The translations under genes and the position numbers were made by a program. Positions 59,048-64,000 of a stretch of 64,000 bases of DNA are shown here, piece after piece. The stretch is from the IMG/VR virus record IMGVR_UViG_3300025070_000023. One strand, written 5' to 3'. Position 1 is the stretch's first letter. Each line of letters opens with the position of its first letter. The notes under the pieces are model-generated. The model had not been told where the DNA came from, made no database searches, and saw nothing but the letters and a program-made list of their open reading frames with translations. The stretch is from an uncultured virus (IMG/VR IMGVR_UViG_3300025070_000023) (lineage: Duplodnaviria; Heunggongvirae; Uroviricota; Caudoviricetes).

Positions 59048-59437
59048 CTAATCATCTCTTGAAGCAAAATCAGCCGACCTTTCTCTTCTTTCGGCTATTC
59101 TCCTTTCTGCTTCTGCTTCTTCTCTAGCCTCTCCCTCTACATCGGAAGAATACAATTCAAATTCTTCTTTTAAAATTTCATTAATATCCTTATCAAAATC
59201 GTCTATCATTTTTTGAACGGAATCTCTTATTTCATCATGTAATTCTACTGCCAAAAGAGTCGCCTTTTGTCTACCGTCAAATTCTTTAAGTCCTAGTTGA
59301 AAATATTTAACTACTTCTGTCATGTTTTTATTTACACTTTCGAAAATCTCATCCCTAAGTTTTAACAAATCATCACTATGATTAGACCCCATCATATCGA
59401 GTCTTTTCTTTTCTTTTAATATGTCGTGCCATGTCAT
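59048..59437 (-). CDS. Tagged protein (MTWHDILK)
   Basis: N-terminal motif. Confidence 0.7.
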   Translation of the reverse strand: MTWHDILKEKKRLDMMGSNHSDDLLKLRDEIFESVNKNMTEVVKYFQLGLKEFDGRQKATLLAVELHDEIRDSVQKMIDDFDKDINEILKEEFELYSSDVEGEAREEAEAERRIAERRERSADFASRDD

Positions 59438-59446
59438 ATTATCCAC

Positions 59447-59716
59447 CTAATAATCACCCTCAAATTCAGCCCTACTTTGAGCGTCATCATCTATTCTCAT
59501 TTGTTGCATTTTGCGTATTTCATCAGCAAGAACTTCCATAGCCATATATTCGGGGTCAATATAGGATTTTAGTCTCTCACTCTCAGATTTAGCGTTTTTA
59601 ATACATTCAGGTCTTTTAGCCAAGTCTAATATTGCATCCTCTATTACATCTAAAGATTCATTCCTAAGTGAACGGTTAATATTTAGTGCTTTCTTTATCT
59701 CTTCTTTCCATGTCAT
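59447..59716 (-). CDS. Tagged protein (MTWKEEIK, variant)
   Basis: N-terminal motif. Confidence 0.7.
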   Translation of the reverse strand: MTWKEEIKKALNINRSLRNESLDVIEDAILDLAKRPECIKNAKSESERLKSYIDPEYMAMEVLADEIRKMQQMRIDDDAQSRAEFEGDY

Positions 59717-59726
59717 ATTATTCACC

Positions 59727-60125
59727 TTAAACATCATACATTCCTTGAATGGCCGCTTTCAATTCTTCAACTGTTAAATTATCAATGTTTGATTCTATTA
59801 TTCCACTATATCCATCATTAGCGGTAAAATCTGCAAGTGCTATATCTTTCCCACTTGGGGTAGAAAACTCTATTCTGTAATGTGCTAAATCAGCATCAAA
59901 CAAATCCCCTTGTTCTAAATCATCGGATTCTCCTTCATCATCTGCTAGGCTTCTATCAAATGTAATGTCTAAGTTTAAACCATCTGCTGAATTGAAACCG
60001 CCTGTTTCCATTTGTTCAAAATCATATTGCATTTTGCCTCTTCCCCAATCTTCTATTAGTTCATCTAATTTAATCTGCAACTCTTCTTTTTCATCATCTT
60101 TTTTTAGTATATTTTTCCATGTCAT
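59727..60125 (-). CDS. Tagged highly acidic protein (MTWKNILK)
   Basis: N-terminal motif; D/E-rich. Confidence 0.7.
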   Translation of the reverse strand: MTWKNILKKDDEKEELQIKLDELIEDWGRGKMQYDFEQMETGGFNSADGLNLDITFDRSLADDEGESDDLEQGDLFDADLAHYRIEFSTPSGKDIALADFTANDGYSGIIESNIDNLTVEELKAAIQGMYDV

Positions 60126-60126
60126 A

Positions 60127-60339
60127 TTATTCACCTAACCGATTAACTAACTCTTGAACTTCTTTGAGTAATACAGGTTTTAACTTTTTATCTACTAAGG
60201 TATCAAGAAAATCCATATCTCTATTTTCTGTCATAGTATCATCATCAAATAATTTAGAATACATTGTGTCTATCATAGCAGATACAGTTTCCTGTAATCC
60301 TGCTTCTGTTCTAATTTTCAATATATTCTCCCATGTCAT
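60127..60339 (-). CDS. Tagged protein (MTWENILK), first gene of array
   Basis: N-terminal motif, GGTGA RBS. Confidence 0.7.
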   Translation of the reverse strand: MTWENILKIRTEAGLQETVSAMIDTMYSKLFDDDTMTENRDMDFLDTLVDKKLKPVLLKEVQELVNRLGE

Positions 60340-61069
60340 ATTATCACCTAAAATTTCTCAAAAAATGTGGCGGAATTTTTTTGGCACTTGCGCGCTCATT
60401 TTTTTCTATAGATTTATATTCCCACAATAAAATCATAAACAATAAACCGTGAGGTTTTATTTTATTAGATTTAAATAAACTGGTTTGTTTATTATAATTG
60501 CGCCCATTTAAATTGTTTAATTTAGTATTATTACTTCGCAGTATATTGTTTATTACTAAAAAGGGCAATTTAATGTGATTAAGAATGGTGCGATAAACTA
60601 GTGGTGGGAGGTTTAGAAACATAGTTTATCAGTAGTGGGGAAATCGCCTTAGATTATAATATATTCGGTTCTAAAATGGTTGAATTAATCGTTTAATATT
60701 CAAAATAGAGCATTAAATCGTTGTGTTTTAAATCTAATGAAATAAAAATTTTGGAAAACAAAGCATATGGTTGTAGATTAGAATATGCAAAATGCATAAA
60801 GGGCATTTATTCTCAAGGTTAGTCAATGATTGTTTATAGCGGCTAACAAACGAATAAAAAACGCATTACGCAACTACTCAATGTTTAATTCCGAAGCCTA
60901 CATCCTTCCTAAACAATGCCCTTGTTCAACATTCTCTAATTATGCACAATGAATTGCCATCGCATGTTGCCAATTGCTACTACAACCATATGGTTGGAGA
61001 CTTTGGCGATATAACCCTACCTATAATCGCCATTACAGCGATATAGGGATTACGGGGGAGTATTATTAC

Positions 61070-61402
61070 TCACTCCTTTTCAATTACTACCTTGTCCTCT
61101 AATAGTAGCCCAATATCTAGGTTGGTTGCTTCATTGATATTTACACGATAGAACCATGCTCTAACATATACATTCAAATTTTCGTCGTTTAGTATTCTTT
61201 GAATCATAGCCATATTACTACGGTCTAATACACCTATTTGGCCACTCTTTTCCAATTGGCCATTATAGCCCACACCACATGCACTTAGAGTATCAAATAG
61301 CATTCTCAAAGTGCTAATAGCCCCGCTACCAAATTCATCGAATAGCAGGCTAAACAGTTTATTCACATTTTCATCCTCTTTTATATCATTAATCCTTGAC
61401 AT
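61070..61402 (-). CDS. Hypothetical protein (probably leaderless)
   Basis: ATG 61402 lies 19 nt after ACCTTATAC. Confidence 0.65.
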   Translation of the reverse strand: MSRINDIKEDENVNKLFSLLFDEFGSGAISTLRMLFDTLSACGVGYNGQLEKSGQIGVLDRSNMAMIQRILNDENLNVYVRAWFYRVNINEATNLDIGLLLEDKVVIEKE

Positions 61403-61495
61403 ACCGATATTATTTTTATTCGTATAAGGTAGTTTGTCCACAAAGTTTCCACTACCATATGGTAAGACACTTTGGTAGTATTACCGGATATAAAT

Positions 61496-61534
61496 AAAAA
61501 AAGCCAACCCTACCCCCGAAAGGGTAAGGAAGGC
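61496..61534 (-). terminator. Hairpin plus T-run
   Basis: Minus strand CCTTACCC-TTTCG-GGGGTAGGG then GGCTTTTTTT. Confidence 0.7.
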
Positions 61535-61545
61535 AGTTATAGTCC

Positions 61546-61854
61546 TCAAACTATTGTCCATTCGTTGCCGTTCTCCCACATTCTATCATTTAGATACCAT
61601 GTGAAATCCTTTTGATGAATGTGAACATTTGGCAAGCCGTTCAAGCGTTCTTTAGTGGTGTTAGTTTGCCATCCTGCGTGACGAATATATAACTCACCTT
61701 TGGTAAGTTTAGCAATACCGCTACCGTGTAAATACATAACCATAGAACTAGTCGCAGAAGAATAGTTGATTACTTCTTTGACTTCTGTATTATCTCGCTT
61801 GAAGTCTCTTTTCTCATATAGTGCCTTTATTGCGTCTTGTGTAATTTTTCGCAT
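61546..61854 (-). CDS. Hypothetical viral protein
   Basis: YLHGSGIA...GWQTNTTKERLNGL; bounded by palindrome and terminator. Confidence 0.7.
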   Translation of the reverse strand: MRKITQDAIKALYEKRDFKRDNTEVKEVINYSSATSSMVMYLHGSGIAKLTKGELYIRHAGWQTNTTKERLNGLPNVHIHQKDFTWYLNDRMWENGNEWTIV

Positions 61855-61969
61855 GATTATTATATTTCAGTTCTAATATGTGAGGTTGAACAAAGTACCA
61901 ACCATATGGTTGGCTTTGCCATTCGTAGAAGAACCCCGTTAAGGGTGCTTGGTGAGCAATTCCTTCAAA

Positions 61970-62476
61970 TCACTCTTCTTCTTTTACCTCCATTTCGGCT
62001 TTGACCGGAGGTGGAGTCATCAGTGGGATATCTCCATCCATTTCGCCATTCCAACGACCTTCCTTATATCCAGTCACTAGATTTTTGTATGCTTTTGCCG
62101 CATACTCTTTGGCAATAGCGTCCATGTCTTTGTATGCGCCACCAGTTCGTCCGTGTGGTAGTATTGTAGCCAAAATGATTTGTGGGTTAGTAAGTGAAAC
62201 AAAGGCAGTATAAACCGCATTCATTACAGATGTAGCATTTGATTCCATTTCGTCGGGTAATGCAGACTCTCGACCTCTTCTCGCTTTTGGGAAATCGTCA
62301 AAAACGCTCCCAATAGACCGAATAGCCGTCCAGTATGTAGACCTAACTTCATCGCTTTTACAATTGTTTCCAAGGGTAATTGATAATTCAATCGCTTGAC
62401 CCTCATCGCCTCTATCTTCTAGGTTTAGCCAGTTTGCGACTTCACCAATATTCTTATTCCAGTTTTCTATCTTCAT
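61970..62476 (-). CDS. Hypothetical protein
   Basis: GAGGTGA RBS, 168 aa. Confidence 0.75.
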   Translation of the reverse strand: MKIENWNKNIGEVANWLNLEDRGDEGQAIELSITLGNNCKSDEVRSTYWTAIRSIGSVFDDFPKARRGRESALPDEMESNATSVMNAVYTAFVSLTNPQIILATILPHGRTGGAYKDMDAIAKEYAAKAYKNLVTGYKEGRWNGEMDGDIPLMTPPPVKAEMEVKEEE

Positions 62477-62641
62477 AATATTTCACCTCAAAAAATTGTG
62501 ATTTTCCAAAATTACTCACACAAGCAATAGAACAGATGTGGTTCCGGATAAGGTTGTTATCAAGACGAGGGCAAAGCCATAACAACCATATGGTTGTGTA
62601 ACTTTGTGTTGCAGACGACCCGAAGGCCGAATTTGTGGATA

Positions 62642-62782
62642 TTATATCCAACCTCTTAAAGAGGCTTTAAACTCATAATAAGCATCCCAAGATATGTAAC
62701 ACTTACAAGTTGGACACTCAAAACTTTCATTCAATCCATTAGATACCATAGGCTCATCACAATCATCACACCATGCCGACAT
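62642..62782 (-). CDS. 46-aa Zn-ribbon microprotein
   Basis: Manual translation MSAWCDDCDEPMVSNGLNESFECPTCKCYISWDAYYEFKASLRGWI; ATG 19 nt after ACCTTATAC. Confidence 0.65.
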   Translation of the reverse strand: MSAWCDDCDEPMVSNGLNESFECPTCKCYISWDAYYEFKASLRGWI

Positions 62783-62859
62783 GGTAATACTCTAATAGAA
62801 AGTATAAGGTTGCTTAATGCGAAACAAAGTTTCAAGCAACCATATGGTTGTAGACTTTG

Positions 62860-63170
62860 GTAATGAAATGTAAACCCTATCCCCATGCAAAACTCCGGCT
62901 ACTCGTTCAAAGCAAGTGAACACGCTGATACTTGGTAGGTTTGATGAGAGGTCACTAATTAACTAGTATTTAGATAACTTCAATCTCTTTCCATATCCTT
63001 CCGAATTACATTTTGAACTTTGACTTTCGCCTTCGTTTCACAATGGGGTTATGGCCACTAATAGCCATTGGAATAGGAGGGTTGTTCAACTAACATATAA
63101 TATCGCTATATGCTCACCCCCGCACTACCTCTAGTGAAGGTATTGGTATTCGTCGAACTACCCGTGACAA
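62860..63170 (-). ncRNA. Candidate structured non-coding RNA
   Basis: About 310 nt with no ORF of 60 aa or more and at least six hairpins; strand inferred from neighbours. Confidence 0.35.
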
Positions 63171-63461
63171 TTATTCTTCTTCATCTTTATTCCAAAAGAC
63201 AAATACTTCTTGTCTGTATAAATTGAAATCTACATATTCTTGAATCTCAATTTCATTAGTGTTAAAATTCATGGTTTTAATTTCGTCTTCTTCCCAAGCC
63301 ATGCTATCCCAAAACAGAACCATATTGGATGCTGTATCGAATCCTATGGTCATTTTTTTAGCAATAGTTCCATCGGAATAAACAGTGGTTCCAAAACGGG
63401 TTTCTGAATTTACTACTCCTTGTTCATTGGTTGTTGGTAATTTATCATCCATATCAATCAC
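63171..63461 (-). CDS. Hypothetical acidic protein
   Basis: Coupled to upstream ORF. Confidence 0.6.
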   Translation of the reverse strand: MIDMDDKLPTTNEQGVVNSETRFGTTVYSDGTIAKKMTIGFDTASNMVLFWDSMAWEEDEIKTMNFNTNEIEIQEYVDFNLYRQEVFVFWNKDEEE

Positions 63462-63673
63462 AACTCATTATTTTGAATAATAGTAGTAACTACCCTTTCA
63501 CCGTCTAAAACTTTGTTCAATGCGCTAAGGCTAATTCTTAATGCAACATATGTTTGACCATCCGAGGTTGTGTATTTTCTACACTCTTCAAACGCATCAA
63601 CATTAACTGATACTTTGATTTCACTACCTGCATTACTTCTTCTAACATATCCAACCAATCTACTTTGATTCAT
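63458..63673 (-). CDS. Hypothetical protein
   Basis: Start reassigned to ATG 63673 (MNQSRLVGYVRRS), 20 nt after AACCCTAATC. Confidence 0.65.
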   Translation of the reverse strand: MNQSRLVGYVRRSNAGSEIKVSVNVDAFEECRKYTTSDGQTYVALRISLSALNKVLDGERVVTTIIQNNEL

Positions 63674-63762
63674 GTCTAAATAATATGATTTAGGATTAGG
63701 GTTCGGCCTCAAAGATGCCTTACCATATGGGTGATACTTTGATAATAGCCCCGAAGGGCGGC

Positions 63763-63981
63763 CTATAGGCCAACTTCATGATATCCGTATAAGTCGAATA
63801 TTTCTTCCATTACATATCTGCCAGTGTCTCGGTCATAGTGTTTTAGGGCAAAATAAATTTGACCATCACAATCACTATTATGATTCATAGCGAATTCTGC
63901 TGCAATTTTCAATACCGAAGTCAGTGCTTGAGACAATCCAGTAACATAAATATAAATTGTATTATCAGGATTCCAAACCAT
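63763..63981 (-). CDS. Hypothetical protein
   Basis: 72-aa ORF followed by hairpin. Confidence 0.55.
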   Translation of the reverse strand: MVWNPDNTIYIYVTGLSQALTSVLKIAAEFAMNHNSDCDGQIYFALKHYDRDTGRYVMEEIFDLYGYHEVGL

Positions 63982-64000
63982 TTCTAAAAATTCTCTAGCC

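Larger units (their letters stand above)
58697..60350 (-). repeat. Six dispersed ~21-nt direct repeats TAGGTGAATAATATGACATGG at consecutive gene starts
   Basis: Copies around ATGs at 60339, 60125, 59716, 59437, 59038, 58705. Confidence 0.9.
60759..63741. repeat. Seven dispersed palindromic elements CAAAG-Nx-(CA)ACCATATGGT(TG)-Nx-CTTTG
   Basis: Copies at 60759, 60983, 61441, 61891, 62572, 62825, 63710; the first two lack one arm. Confidence 0.9.

Noticed and set aside
60344..60622. 92-aa ORF upstream of the tag array
   Set aside because: N/L/K-biased AT-rich sequence with no RBS; probably a chance ORF
58697..63741. CRISPR array from either repeat family
   Set aside because: Spacing is irregular (about 200-900 nt) and the intervals are whole genes
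1..64000. tRNA, rRNA, integrase or transposase genes
   Set aside because: None recognised by eye; tRNAscan-SE and HMM searches would be needed to exclude them

Overview
The window (AT-rich, densely coding) is most of the genome of a tailed dsDNA archaeal virus. The gene set (two-part family B polymerase, AEP primase, ERCC4 nuclease, MCM-like helicase, ATP-dependent ligase, HK97-type head module, GGTGA ribosome-binding sites) fits the magroviruses of Marine Group II/Poseidoniales; the host is inferred, not shown. 1-7.6 kb (+) is a replication operon. 7.8-45 kb (-) holds tail, neck, head, portal and terminase genes, including a -1 frameshifted tail chaperone and an Arf-like GTPase/membrane-protein cluster. 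45-60.3 kb (-) holds about 21 otherwise unrelated ORFs that share an N-terminal W-x-x-[IV]-[LI]-K leader, usually M[ST]W...; a similar motif ends the protease/scaffold protein, suggesting a capsid-targeting tag plus swappable cargo. 60.3-64 kb (-) holds small genes in repeated units of palindrome, promoter, ORF and hairpin, and a candidate structured ncRNA. All functional calls come from reading motifs by eye; no searches were run.
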